Notes: a model not told the origin generated them from the sequence alone. A DNA stretch of 35,681 nucleotides from Caldisericaceae bacterium (GCA_021160885.1 JAGHBR010000181.1:1-35681), one strand, 5' to 3'. Positions 16,618 to 26,504 are shown, counted from the stretch's first letter. Translations and numbers: made by a program.

Positions 16618-18255
16618 CTACTCCTTTTTTACACGCAAAAGAAACATTGTTTGATTATTAAATCTTTTAACAGCAACTAATTCCAGGAACGCTGGCCACT
16701 GATTTTTTTCTAACTGCCAGGGCCTGCGTAACCGGTCTTTTAATTCAATTAAAATAAAATTAACTTGTTTTCTAAGCAAATATAATTGTAAAGAATCCAG
16801 AGGGGCAAATGGTAAAACAACAAATCTACGTTTGGCAAAGTAGATCGGTTGAGGAACCGTAGCCGCAATGGTAGCCTGATGATCCACGATTTGGTTAAGC
16901 CAATGGCCGGCCGAATAATAGTACTCGTTTTTCAACATAGTACGAAAGGTTTGAGCGTAATTAGGAACAGAAGTCAAGAACACAAAAATTACAGCTATTA
17001 GCGCTATCGTTTTTTCGCTTTTCAATTTTTTAATGTAAATCGAAAATTGTTCATTAAACTTTAAAATGCCATAAGCAGCCATGGGCATCATAATTAGCCC
17101 GGGAAAATACAAGAAACGCTGTTCCACATTGGCCATTATAACCAGAAAAGTAGGCAATAGAAAAAAAGCGCAATAAAGCACCAGCCCCCTGTTTTTATTC
17201 CAGGGGAATTTTAAAATCCCGATAAGCAGAAATAACAAATATCCAGGAGGTAGTATTTGCCCCCATAAAAACTTTTTAATCGCTTTAAACGTATTGCCAA
17301 TCGTAAAGACCAAAAATTTCTTTATTTTTTTGTCGGCCGGGCGCTTTTCCGAAACCATTGAGGGCAGTGTTTCCTGCCCTGCAAAAACAGCATTTGTCAG
17401 CAATTCGTCTGCTGAAGAATTTAAAGAATACCGTACCCGATTCAAATGAAATTTAAAATCCGTTTTCTTATGCTGCTTTTCATCTTCGTTTAAAAAATGT
17501 CTGGAAACTTGCGAATGCACGCAAACAAAGCTGATTTTGGGATAAACTTTAATATCACCAGAAACTGAAAACACAAATAGACCGTAAGAAAGCACAAAAA
17601 AAACAGTAATTCCAGTAAAAATTAGCATCCCTTTCACCTTTTTACGCCAAATAATTAAAATGATCAGCATCATCAACAGATAGCTTACCGTTTCAGGTCT
17701 GGTCAGGTAGGCCAGGCCAATGGCAAAAGCAGCGCAACTTACTAATTTTTGACTACCGTTCTCCTTTAAATAAAACAATAAACAGGCAAAGCTGACAAAA
17801 AGCAGCAGAAAATAGACGGCTTCGGTAGCCACGCGGGCCGAAACATAAATAAGGGCCGGGTTAAAACTGACTAGTAGAGCAGAAACTTCCGCTAAAAATG
17901 TTTTTTGTGAAAGGCGCTTTACAAAAAGATAAACAGCAACAATCAAACTCATGCCGGCTAAAAAAGAAATTAATTTACCGGCTAACACCGGTTCAAAAAC
18001 AAACGAAAACACACCCAAAAGAAAGGGATAAAATGGTGGTTGAACAATATCCGGGAATTGACTACCATTACTTACATATTGCCCGGCATGAAGCAAATGG
18101 TAACCTAAGGAAACATAGTGCACTCCATCCGGAGATAAATCGTGATTCGTAAAAATAAAAATCAGGCGGAATATTGCTCCTGCAGTAAGCGCCAAATACA
18201 ATAACTCTCGCTGGTTATTTCTTTGATAAACCGTTTTTAGCAATTTTGTTCTCAT
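16618..18255 (-). CDS. GT-C fold membrane glycosyltransferase (ArnT/PMT-like; uses a polyprenyl-phosphate sugar donor)
   Basis: Many transmembrane helices. PDGVHY after the first helix, QPPFYPFLL, TEA, LAYLTRPE and EQRFLY, with a soluble C-terminal domain. Confidence 0.82.
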   Translation of the reverse strand: MRTKLLKTVYQRNNQRELLYLALTAGAIFRLIFIFTNHDLSPDGVHYVSLGYHLLHAGQYVSNGSQFPDIVQPPFYPFLLGVFSFVFEPVLAGKLISFLAGMSLIVAVYLFVKRLSQKTFLAEVSALLVSFNPALIYVSARVATEAVYFLLLFVSFACLLFYLKENGSQKLVSCAAFAIGLAYLTRPETVSYLLMMLIILIIWRKKVKGMLIFTGITVFFVLSYGLFVFSVSGDIKVYPKISFVCVHSQVSRHFLNEDEKQHKKTDFKFHLNRVRYSLNSSADELLTNAVFAGQETLPSMVSEKRPADKKIKKFLVFTIGNTFKAIKKFLWGQILPPGYLLFLLIGILKFPWNKNRGLVLYCAFFLLPTFLVIMANVEQRFLYFPGLIMMPMAAYGILKFNEQFSIYIKKLKSEKTIALIAVIFVFLTSVPNYAQTFRTMLKNEYYYSAGHWLNQIVDHQATIAATVPQPIYFAKRRFVVLPFAPLDSLQLYLLRKQVNFILIELKDRLRRPWQLEKNQWPAFLELVAVKRFNNQTMFLLRVKKE

Positions 18256-19966
18256 CTAAAATATGTACTTCCTTGGTCGTAACAGAAATATCCCAGATAA
18301 ATGGATTTTTATCTCTCAGATAAAAATCGAGCATACCTAAAAAGCGCGCCAGTGCTTCAAAGGCCATTAGCATCATCATAAAAAAAGTTTCTTTTGGCGT
18401 CCAACGATGTAATTTCAAAACCATTTTTAGAATTTTAGAAGATTTAAGGGTGGTCACTTCATAGCCGATTAGCGCTTTAAGATGACGATGCCCCGAAGCA
18501 ATGCGCCTGCGTTGTTTAAAGAAATCGACTAATGTTTCAGGTCCTTTATTGCTTACCAGGGCATCATTGGCATAGGCCAGTTTTAAGCCTGCCTTGGAGA
18601 TAATGGCTTCGATGGCTGCTTCATCCACTGCAGTGTATTTTGGAATGCGTGAAACAATGTTGCGGAATGCCACCATTTCGCCGCATTTAGGTGATTGCAG
18701 GGCCATGTGATGATGGAGTTGCCAAAGTTTGTGTACACAAAAGCCGACAAAACGTTTTGGATCATTTACCGGTATCGGGTGCACGCCTACCATGCCGATA
18801 TCGGCTTGTTTAAATGGCTTAACCAATTCTTCAACGGTTCCCGGATGAGCAATAGTATCGGCGCTTTCAATAACTACAATGTCTCCCCTTGCTAATTTTA
18901 AGAATTCGTTGATGGCGCTGGCTTTGCCCAATCTTTTGGGTTGTCTGATTAAACGAATGCGTTCATCCTTTTGCTGGAATTGTTCCACTATTTCATCGGT
19001 CCGATCTGTAGAACCTGAAGAAATAACCAGAATTTCCAGAATCCGTCCGCTTTGTACTTTTTGATTATGTAAGGCTTGCAAGCAATGGGCAATATTTTTT
19101 TCTTCATTGTAAGCCATTACTCCTATGCTGATATCATAGAAGTCTTTTACTTCAAAATGGCCGTTATTCTTTAATTCCGGAGGGTTAACAAATTCCTCAT
19201 ACTCATCCACAAATCGTTCGTACTCGCGTTTTAAATAGACCAGATGTCTGATGATCTCCCACCAGGGCGCCCGAAACTTAAACACATAGCGAAACGTTTT
19301 ACGTCTGGTGTGTTTACTCACCTTGGAAACAGCGTCAGGAGTGCCCTGATAAATAAACGGTATTTCTTTTACTCTAAAATGGTGTTGGTAGGCCAGATGG
19401 AGTAACTGTATTTGCACAATATAGGCCTCGTTAAACAGAGCATTAAGATCAATACTTTCCAAAAATCTGCGCCGGTAACAACGAAAACCTGAGGTAAAGT
19501 CCCAGATTGGTTTTACCAGAATGTAAGAAACGAACATGTTGGCCATTTTACTGACCAGCAATTTCCGGAAGCGCCATCCTTCGACACGCACTCCGTCAAT
19601 GTAGCGACTGCCAATAACAAGATCGTATTTTTCTGAGGTCTTAAGAAAATCTTTAATGTATCTCGGCGAATGAGACTGGTCGCCATCCATGGTAATTACC
19701 GGGTCGTAATTATATCGCAGGGCATAATCAAAGCCCATGCGTAAGGCTTCACCAAACTTACCTGGATTATCCTGGTAAATGATCTTAATTCTAAAATTTT
19801 TCTGGGCCAGTTCTTCTACCAGTGGTCCGGTTCCGTCTGTGGACCTGGCATCCACCACCAGCACATCCAGATTGGGATATTGTGTGGTAATTTCCTCTAA
19901 AATTGTTTTAATATGGTCTGCTTCATTCCAAGTCGGAATAATTACCAGAGCACGGGGATCACTCAT
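18215..19966 (-). CDS. Tandem GT2 fusion: polyprenol-phosphate glycosyl synthase (DPM1/Ppm1-like) plus a second GT2 domain
   Basis: N-domain IIPTWNEA, STDGTG, TMDGDQSHSP, DLVIGSRYIDG, DFTSGFRCYRR, EIPF. Second domain IGVMAYNEE, SGSTDRT, GKASAIN, ESAD, QRRRIASG, followed by a C-terminal hydrophobic helix. Confidence 0.88.
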   Translation of the reverse strand: MSDPRALVIIPTWNEADHIKTILEEITTQYPNLDVLVVDARSTDGTGPLVEELAQKNFRIKIIYQDNPGKFGEALRMGFDYALRYNYDPVITMDGDQSHSPRYIKDFLKTSEKYDLVIGSRYIDGVRVEGWRFRKLLVSKMANMFVSYILVKPIWDFTSGFRCYRRRFLESIDLNALFNEAYIVQIQLLHLAYQHHFRVKEIPFIYQGTPDAVSKVSKHTRRKTFRYVFKFRAPWWEIIRHLVYLKREYERFVDEYEEFVNPPELKNNGHFEVKDFYDISIGVMAYNEEKNIAHCLQALHNQKVQSGRILEILVISSGSTDRTDEIVEQFQQKDERIRLIRQPKRLGKASAINEFLKLARGDIVVIESADTIAHPGTVEELVKPFKQADIGMVGVHPIPVNDPKRFVGFCVHKLWQLHHHMALQSPKCGEMVAFRNIVSRIPKYTAVDEAAIEAIISKAGLKLAYANDALVSNKGPETLVDFFKQRRRIASGHRHLKALIGYEVTTLKSSKILKMVLKLHRWTPKETFFMMMLMAFEALARFLGMLDFYLRDKNPFIWDISVTTKEVHILDENKIAKNGLSKK

Positions 19967-20855
19967 CTATTTTCTCCCAGGCTCCCTGTAAAAATCCGAC
20001 AGCCCAGGGTACCAGCCCCAGGGCCAGAATGCCGGTTGCCATCACATGTTGATTAATAATTTCTGACCTCCATTTCAGAAAGACGATAACAGTTCGCCAC
20101 CATTTTACTAAAGGTAAGATAGGAATTGTTATGGTTGCAAGCAATTTATTTCGGGCAATAGTTGCTCCTTCCAGTGGAAGAATTTTTAACATTTTTGCTG
20201 TAACCCGGCCCACACGCTTTTGATGTTGCAAATAGGATTTTAACATGCTACGATGATTATGGTAAATTTTAGCTGAAGGAATAAAAAAGATTCGGCCCCC
20301 GCTTTGACGTAATCTGTAATTAAATTCAAGGTCTTCTTGGGGATAGTAGTGAGGATTAAAAAAACCGATTTTGTCAAAGACCTGACGTTTGTAAGAAATA
20401 TTGCATGTGGGGATATGCTCTCGTTCGCTTGGCGGATACTGAGGCAAAAATTCTCTAAACTCAGCCATGTAACCGGCCCAGGCTACATTGTTAAACTGAT
20501 CGTTAGCATTTTCCACCGATCCCCCGATTGCTTCGTAATCGTAATGACGATGAACCGAAACAAGTTGTTCCAACCAGTCTGGAGCCGCCTCACAGTCTGA
20601 ATCAATTAAGCAAATGATATCGCCGCGGCTGGCTTTTATACCTGCATTTCGGGCGCTTCCCGGATCTGTTTTTTGGTCAAAACGGATCAATTTTACATCA
20701 GAAAATTCTTTCTTGATGATTTCAGGCGTTTTGTCCTGCGAACTATCCGCTACAATCACTTCAAAAGGCTCGGAAAAAGTCTGCGCTCTTAGCGACCTTA
20801 AACAACGGGCGATCGTTTTTTCTGAATTGTAAGATGGAATAATCACCGAAACCAT
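19959..20855 (-). CDS. GT2 glycosyltransferase
   Basis: VSVIIPSYN, ARNAG, LIDSDC (DxD), TCNISY and EDLEF, with C-terminal hydrophobic helices. Confidence 0.9.
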   Translation of the reverse strand: MVSVIIPSYNSEKTIARCLRSLRAQTFSEPFEVIVADSSQDKTPEIIKKEFSDVKLIRFDQKTDPGSARNAGIKASRGDIICLIDSDCEAAPDWLEQLVSVHRHYDYEAIGGSVENANDQFNNVAWAGYMAEFREFLPQYPPSEREHIPTCNISYKRQVFDKIGFFNPHYYPQEDLEFNYRLRQSGGRIFFIPSAKIYHNHRSMLKSYLQHQKRVGRVTAKMLKILPLEGATIARNKLLATITIPILPLVKWWRTVIVFLKWRSEIINQHVMATGILALGLVPWAVGFLQGAWEKIDE

Positions 20856-20856
20856 T

Positions 20857-21732
20857 TTAATCCTTTACAAAAATCAAATATTGATGGTGTGCCCATAATT
20901 GACGAATAGGGAACGGAGCTTTTTCCAAAAATTTAAATTTGAAGACCTCCTGTTCTAAATCCGGCCGCTGATTTGAAAAATAATCCAAAATGGTCATTCG
21001 TTCCCCTGTAGCCGACAGCTTTTTTTGTTTGCTAAAAAGTTTTAGTAAAAAGCCCACTTTTAACTTATCGAACAAAACTTCTTTTTTTAAAGGAAAATCT
21101 GGCCAGGGTGGTACATCAAAGTAACCTTTTTCGGCCAGCCGCCAGTTCAAACGTTCCAATTCCTTTCGGATGTTGCTGGTTCCAATATTCTGGTATTGCA
21201 ATTCTGGTTTAGTACCGCCTGGCCAGCGCAAACGGATTTGGTACCCAACACCATAACGATTGGGAACGCAAATAAAGATTACCTGACGTGTTAATCGGCT
21301 GAGTTCAACACAAAAAGCAGGCAAGTCTTTAACAAACCAAAGACTGGCAAAATTCCAGCTTAAATCAAAGCTCTGATCTGCAAAAGGTAATTTTTCGAAA
21401 CGTTCCGTTAAACAGAAACTGGCCTGCAATTGCAATTGTTGCCAGATTTTTTGAATTTTGGTCAACCTTTCCAAATGATCATCAACAACCGTAACCTGCT
21501 TTTGTTTTTTGGCCCACCAAAGGCTATTAATGCCGCTTATGCCGGTCATGCCAAAGCTGGGCGCTTCCAGAACCTGTTCAATGTTAAACTGTTGATCAAG
21601 CCGCTGGAAAAACCCGTGCAGTAAAAACCGTTCGTAAGTGGTTCCTAATCCTTCATGGGGATTTTCAAAATATTCTGGCCAGGTATCGATGATAGGAAAA
21701 AAGAAGTTCGCTTTTTTAGTTTCAGTAGACAT
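20857..21732 (-). CDS. Class I SAM-dependent methyltransferase-like protein
   Basis: VLEAPSFGMTG (atypical motif I), VTVVD, KLPFADQSFDLSWN (motif II/III) and IFICVPN. Confidence 0.7.
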   Translation of the reverse strand: MSTETKKANFFFPIIDTWPEYFENPHEGLGTTYERFLLHGFFQRLDQQFNIEQVLEAPSFGMTGISGINSLWWAKKQKQVTVVDDHLERLTKIQKIWQQLQLQASFCLTERFEKLPFADQSFDLSWNFASLWFVKDLPAFCVELSRLTRQVIFICVPNRYGVGYQIRLRWPGGTKPELQYQNIGTSNIRKELERLNWRLAEKGYFDVPPWPDFPLKKEVLFDKLKVGFLLKLFSKQKKLSATGERMTILDYFSNQRPDLEQEVFKFKFLEKAPFPIRQLWAHHQYLIFVKD

Positions 21733-22672
21733 TGTCTTTTAAATATTCCTTTATTTGTTGTTCGGTATCAGCCGGAATGTAGTCCATATCTTGTAATGCG
21801 GGTGTGATGTCGTAATACCAGGATTCGCTGATTAGTTGCAGACTTGTCCTCAGGGCATCCATTTTTAACAACTGGGTTGTCTTTTTAGCAAGGGAGAAGA
21901 CGAAATCCGGAACCTGCCATAAGCGGCCACCACGGGCTGCTTTTATTAAATTAGCTAATTTTTTGAATGAGACAGGCTGCTGATCTGCAATTAAATAAAT
22001 GTTATTGTTAAACAAATCTTTTTTAATTATCCGATTTATCAATTCGGAAAATGCTTGTACGTCCAGAAGATGGATTAAAATATCACTTTTAGCAAGCATC
22101 ATCTTATTAGTCTGGATTAAAGCGACCATTTTTTTCAGGAAGCCATCATCTTCCGGCCCATAGGTAATGGTGGGGCGTAAAATTAAAAATTTAATACTGG
22201 TGTTTGAAATTTGTAAAATTCTTTTTTCGGCCTGAGCTTTGCTTTGATGATAGATACCATCCGCCGCAAAAGGCGAATTTACACGGGCCGGAAGTTCAGA
22301 AGGGATGCTCCCCAAAACGCCTACCGTGCTGATGTACAAAAAACGGGTAATTTCCCGCTTACGGGCCCAATTCAACAAGTTCTGCGTTCCGTCAACGTTG
22401 ACCAGCTGGTATTTCTCGACAGGGGCTTTACCCGCGCCGCGAATGGAAGCCAGATGCACGATGGCATCGATGGGTGATTTAATGGAATTTAAAACAGCCG
22501 AATCGTAAAATGCCCCTTTGATTATTTTTAAATTGGGATACTGCTGTAAAACGTTTATTTTATTTAACGATTCGGCACGCACAGGCGCAAAAAGCTGATG
22601 CCCTTCGTTTAGTAATTTTTTCGCCACATGACGTCCCATAAAGCCGGACATGCCGGTCAAAAAAATATTCAT
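21722..22672 (-). CDS. NAD-dependent epimerase/dehydratase (extended SDR)
   Basis: TGMSGFMG Rossmann motif, HLAS, NVDGT, YIST, catalytic YHQSK, and LRPTITYGP. Confidence 0.9.
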   Translation of the reverse strand: MNIFLTGMSGFMGRHVAKKLLNEGHQLFAPVRAESLNKINVLQQYPNLKIIKGAFYDSAVLNSIKSPIDAIVHLASIRGAGKAPVEKYQLVNVDGTQNLLNWARKREITRFLYISTVGVLGSIPSELPARVNSPFAADGIYHQSKAQAEKRILQISNTSIKFLILRPTITYGPEDDGFLKKMVALIQTNKMMLAKSDILIHLLDVQAFSELINRIIKKDLFNNNIYLIADQQPVSFKKLANLIKAARGGRLWQVPDFVFSLAKKTTQLLKMDALRTSLQLISESWYYDITPALQDMDYIPADTEQQIKEYLKDNVY

Positions 22673-23643
22673 CTTGCCGGGTAAAGCTGGTTCATTTCTC
22701 TTAGTTGCATATACTGTATTTTGTACTGCTGATTTAAATAACTAAAATAATCATCAAGCCTTTTTAGATATTGATCAACATCATCCTGTGTGAGACAATA
22801 TTTGGATCCACCGGGCATCAATTCATTGGAATGAAACATCATGTTTAAAAATGTAACGCCCGAATTAATCAGATTATCGCTCAATTGAATCATTTGCTTC
22901 AAGGTGGAATAGGAAGGTCTTAGCCAGTAGAGGTCTATGTCAAACGCTTTTTTTAACAGTCGACGCAAGCCAACATTGGGCAAATAGATATAACGTTTAG
23001 CCAGAAATTGAGGTACCTTTTTGTTAAAATGAACCGTCAGCGGCACTTCTAAAATGGGAGAATTTCCTGCTTGCCGCACATTGTTCCGGTTCAGCCGGTA
23101 AGGTTCAATGGAATTAAGATAGCCAAAGTTTGGTTCAAACGGCTTTTTAGCCAGACGAAAAGGCACCACACTGCTATCGACCGTCACGCCAATCTCTTCC
23201 AGCACCGGCACCGAGCTCTCGTTAAATCCGTAACGCCCGGCCCGGTAAGTAAGCGGTTTTTCTCCTACTTGATTGGCAATTAAGTCAGAAAGGAGTTTAA
23301 GTTTCTTGAATTGTAATTCAGGTGGCAGGTTCATTGGGAATGAATTAGCCACAGTACGCTCTTCTTCGTAAGGCGGATTTACCCAGGGGTGCAAATGCAG
23401 GCCTATTTCAGCCAGATGATTTTGCTGAAAGTCCATTAAAATTTTCATGGCCGTTTTATTAGCTGCCACCGGATAATCAATTAAGTAAGTTGCCTTAACC
23501 CCATGTCGATCGAACAGCTCTTGCAGGGGCCTGAGGAACTTTATGTTTTCGACGGTGTAATGAGTATGGTCGTTGTAAGCAGTTCCCCATTCCCGCTCTT
23601 CTTCGGTGTCGATGGTTACAAGGAAGTAAATCATTGTTAGCAT
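22669..23643 (-). CDS. Polysaccharide deacetylase-family protein (WalW-like)
   Basis: TIDTEEE, EIGLHLHPW, YRAGRYG, DSSV, LEVPLT and MFHSNELMPG. The start may be 23634. Confidence 0.85.
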   Translation of the reverse strand: MLTMIYFLVTIDTEEEREWGTAYNDHTHYTVENIKFLRPLQELFDRHGVKATYLIDYPVAANKTAMKILMDFQQNHLAEIGLHLHPWVNPPYEEERTVANSFPMNLPPELQFKKLKLLSDLIANQVGEKPLTYRAGRYGFNESSVPVLEEIGVTVDSSVVPFRLAKKPFEPNFGYLNSIEPYRLNRNNVRQAGNSPILEVPLTVHFNKKVPQFLAKRYIYLPNVGLRRLLKKAFDIDLYWLRPSYSTLKQMIQLSDNLINSGVTFLNMMFHSNELMPGGSKYCLTQDDVDQYLKRLDDYFSYLNQQYKIQYMQLREMNQLYPAR

Positions 23644-23867
23644 TTACCTTTTACTTGAGTTGATTGGTTGAGTAGTCAAATATTTAAATGTAGGTTGGAA
23701 GGCGGCAATTTTTTACTGTAAAAACAATATCCATAGATTTAGAAATCAAGAGTAATAGCGTCTGTAAAGCCTGCTCACTTTCCAAGGCTCTTCAAGCCAA
23801 ATAGATCGCGGTCATTTTTTACTAATCAATTAAAAGTCAAAAACTTAATATCCGCTATATTTTGAGT

Positions 23868-23885
23868 GTAATTAAATTTAATTAC
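23868..23885. promoter_or_regulatory. Perfect 18-bp AT-rich palindrome (possible operator or weak hairpin)
   Basis: GTAATTAAATTTAATTAC is its own reverse complement and lies in the 264-bp intra-cluster gap. Confidence 0.4.
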
Positions 23886-23907
23886 GTTCAGGCGGTTTTA
23901 TGTTTTT

Positions 23908-26424
23908 CTATTTGATTTTCAAGCCTTTCGGTGCAGAGGGCGGCTCATAATCTCTGTTGCCCAGTGGATTAATCATGTAAGTTTCCTGGCCATTAAGGTC
24001 GGTTTCAAAATAGAGTACCCCTTCTCTGATCAACTGATCCTGACCTTTGTAATCCCAGGTTTGCATTGATCGTTCGCCTCTGGCCAAAAAAGATTCCGTA
24101 TTGCCTCCGGAAATTCTTTTGACCTCATAAATCAGGTCTGGCAGAACTCCGGTAATCACATGATGGGTTTTCCCCTGGCCGCTAATATTGTAGGTAAAAG
24201 CCCCGGTGTTCAGGCTGTCGTTCTGATAAAAAAGAACCAGATAATTCAGTTTTCCTGTTGCTTCTTTTTCAATAAATACACCCTGCATGGCGGTTCCGCT
24301 TCGAACGGGTTGAACGCTCGTCATTTGCTGCACCTTGTTGGCATCTGCCATCTGAAACACATTTAAAAAGAGTTGATTTTCTTTGAAATTCACCGGCTTT
24401 ACAGAGACCTGCCAGCGCCCTGTTTTAATAGCCAGGTGATGCTGACGTTTCATTACATCGCTGTCAAAGCTGGCCACGCGAGTTACTTCAACACGTGATT
24501 GTTCGGGCAAAATCGTTTGGCCGAACAAAACGCCGTGCGCCCCGGCCCCGCCAACGTAATCGCCATTACCGGCATCGCCGTCCCTTTCACCGCCCAATCC
24601 ATTAAATTCTTTAATAATCACATTTTCCCCAATATAGGCATTGCCAATGCGATCGGCGGTGCCGGAACCAGTGGTTAAATCTTCTGTTGAGGAATAATTA
24701 AAAGCTTCAGGTTTCCACGGCACATGATAAACCCATTCCGCTTTACTGGGCGCCTGAGCTTTGTCGAAGACAACTAAAAAATCAGAATCGTTTTCAGGAT
24801 TTTGCCCTGGCAACCAAACATATTCACGAATATGGGAAACACCATCCTCAAACATTCGGGTACGATTGACACGCACATGGTAAAAAATACCGTCTCTTAT
24901 AGTAACCTGCTCAATACCGCCCCAATCGTAATCACCGCTTCCATTTGCGGCTGCTTCCAAATCCGATGGATTTTCCATACTCTTATGTTCGATCTGGTGC
25001 CCGCCTTCAAAATAAATAATATTATTTTTACGGGCGCCTGGGTAGTCATCTAAATTACCATAGCCGCGGTGTGCCACGTTACGGGTATTGAGCAATTCAC
25101 CGAACTTTGCCAGGGCAAAACCAGGGGTGTCGTCTGCTCCACGATGTCCTTCAAAGCGAAAATGGCCGTCAATGACCATAAACACGCCATCAGCCGGATT
25201 ATCAAACCCAGTACGAGCTGCAAAAATCCCTAAATTCTTGGCCCAGAGGGAATGCGGTAAGCCAACCTGCTGCGGCGTTTTCTCGGCAACTGAACGATGC
25301 AAGCCCAGGAATCCCCAAAGATAATGGTGTTCATAGCTTCCCCACTCCACATCATAGGTTTCAATTAAATGTCTGAGCAACCCTGCCATATCACTCAACC
25401 CGACCTGGTCTAATATTCTTGGTAATACGTACATTTGTTCACGCATGGAGCGATGCTCAAATGAGGGATCAGTTGCTTCCGCAATACCTGTTCGAATAAA
25501 CGAATAATGTTCATCAAAATATTTGTGCGGATCGAGCATGTAGTACATAAACTTCGGATAATTGGCAATGGCATTACCGTTAACAGTGGAGGGATTTGAA
25601 ATGTAATCCTCACCGGTGGCGGTGTACCAGGCATCAATATTTAAAAAATGCGTTCTGGGATGCCAGCTGGAATAGCCAATCCATTCTGACCAGCCGCCTG
25701 TATTGCCGGCTACAAAATTGTGAGCGTCCAGATAACCGTAGTTCAGCATTACCTGTTGAAATGAATCCAGCGCCTGATCGGCCTCAGCATCAATCAGCCC
25801 ATCGCCCCAGAAGGCCAGTCCGATGTACCAGGCGTAACAACCTTCATAATACTTACTGCTGAACATCTGCTCAGGAGTAAATGTAGGATTACTCAAACTG
25901 TGGTTAAACACCTTGTGCGTGACAGTCCGGTCTTTTACTATTTCAGCAATTTGCTGACGTTGACTGGAAGTCATGTAATTGTATGTCCAATCATAAGTCA
26001 GGGCGGCCACATAGGCCAGATCATCACCAGCATTCAAACGACGGATTAAACTGTTAATTGCTCTTTCCGCATATTTTTCCAGAGGAATGGGATAAGAAAT
26101 TCCATCTACTTTACCGATTGCCGCAATAAAGGCCTGATGCACCATCACAGCACGTAACGGATCGTGACCGGCTTCATCCAGAACATTATAATCATCATTA
26201 TCTGACATTTCAGCCGCCCAATCCACGTAATCCTGGTACTCTTCTCGGTAACTTGTCGATAATGTCTGACGCCAGAAAGGCAGCTTATCTACTGTGATGT
26301 GCATGCGCGGATGTTCATGTTTAGCCAGCGGCGAACCGGATTTGGGGGTAAAGGCTAAAATAGAAGTGGCCAATAGAAAGATTAATGTAAAAATTAGACA
26401 CAAATTTACAGATTTTTGTTTCAT
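23908..26424 (-). CDS. Secreted heparinase II/III-like polysaccharide lyase-fold protein (divergent)
   Basis: Signal peptide ending ...ATSILA|F. HEHPRMHIT (HPRL-type start), a helical N-half, GGWSEWIGY, FAARTGFD, GHRGADD, and a beta-rich C-half with LVVFDKA. Ends DYEPPSAPKGLKIK. Confidence 0.6.
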   Translation of the reverse strand: MKQKSVNLCLIFTLIFLLATSILAFTPKSGSPLAKHEHPRMHITVDKLPFWRQTLSTSYREEYQDYVDWAAEMSDNDDYNVLDEAGHDPLRAVMVHQAFIAAIGKVDGISYPIPLEKYAERAINSLIRRLNAGDDLAYVAALTYDWTYNYMTSSQRQQIAEIVKDRTVTHKVFNHSLSNPTFTPEQMFSSKYYEGCYAWYIGLAFWGDGLIDAEADQALDSFQQVMLNYGYLDAHNFVAGNTGGWSEWIGYSSWHPRTHFLNIDAWYTATGEDYISNPSTVNGNAIANYPKFMYYMLDPHKYFDEHYSFIRTGIAEATDPSFEHRSMREQMYVLPRILDQVGLSDMAGLLRHLIETYDVEWGSYEHHYLWGFLGLHRSVAEKTPQQVGLPHSLWAKNLGIFAARTGFDNPADGVFMVIDGHFRFEGHRGADDTPGFALAKFGELLNTRNVAHRGYGNLDDYPGARKNNIIYFEGGHQIEHKSMENPSDLEAAANGSGDYDWGGIEQVTIRDGIFYHVRVNRTRMFEDGVSHIREYVWLPGQNPENDSDFLVVFDKAQAPSKAEWVYHVPWKPEAFNYSSTEDLTTGSGTADRIGNAYIGENVIIKEFNGLGGERDGDAGNGDYVGGAGAHGVLFGQTILPEQSRVEVTRVASFDSDVMKRQHHLAIKTGRWQVSVKPVNFKENQLFLNVFQMADANKVQQMTSVQPVRSGTAMQGVFIEKEATGKLNYLVLFYQNDSLNTGAFTYNISGQGKTHHVITGVLPDLIYEVKRISGGNTESFLARGERSMQTWDYKGQDQLIREGVLYFETDLNGQETYMINPLGNRDYEPPSAPKGLKIK

Positions 26425-26504
26425 AAGTTTCTGCGATTCCTGATTTTATTAACTTCTGCCAACCATTCCCTTACTTAAAAGCAATTGTAATGCCAGAGTT
26501 CCTT

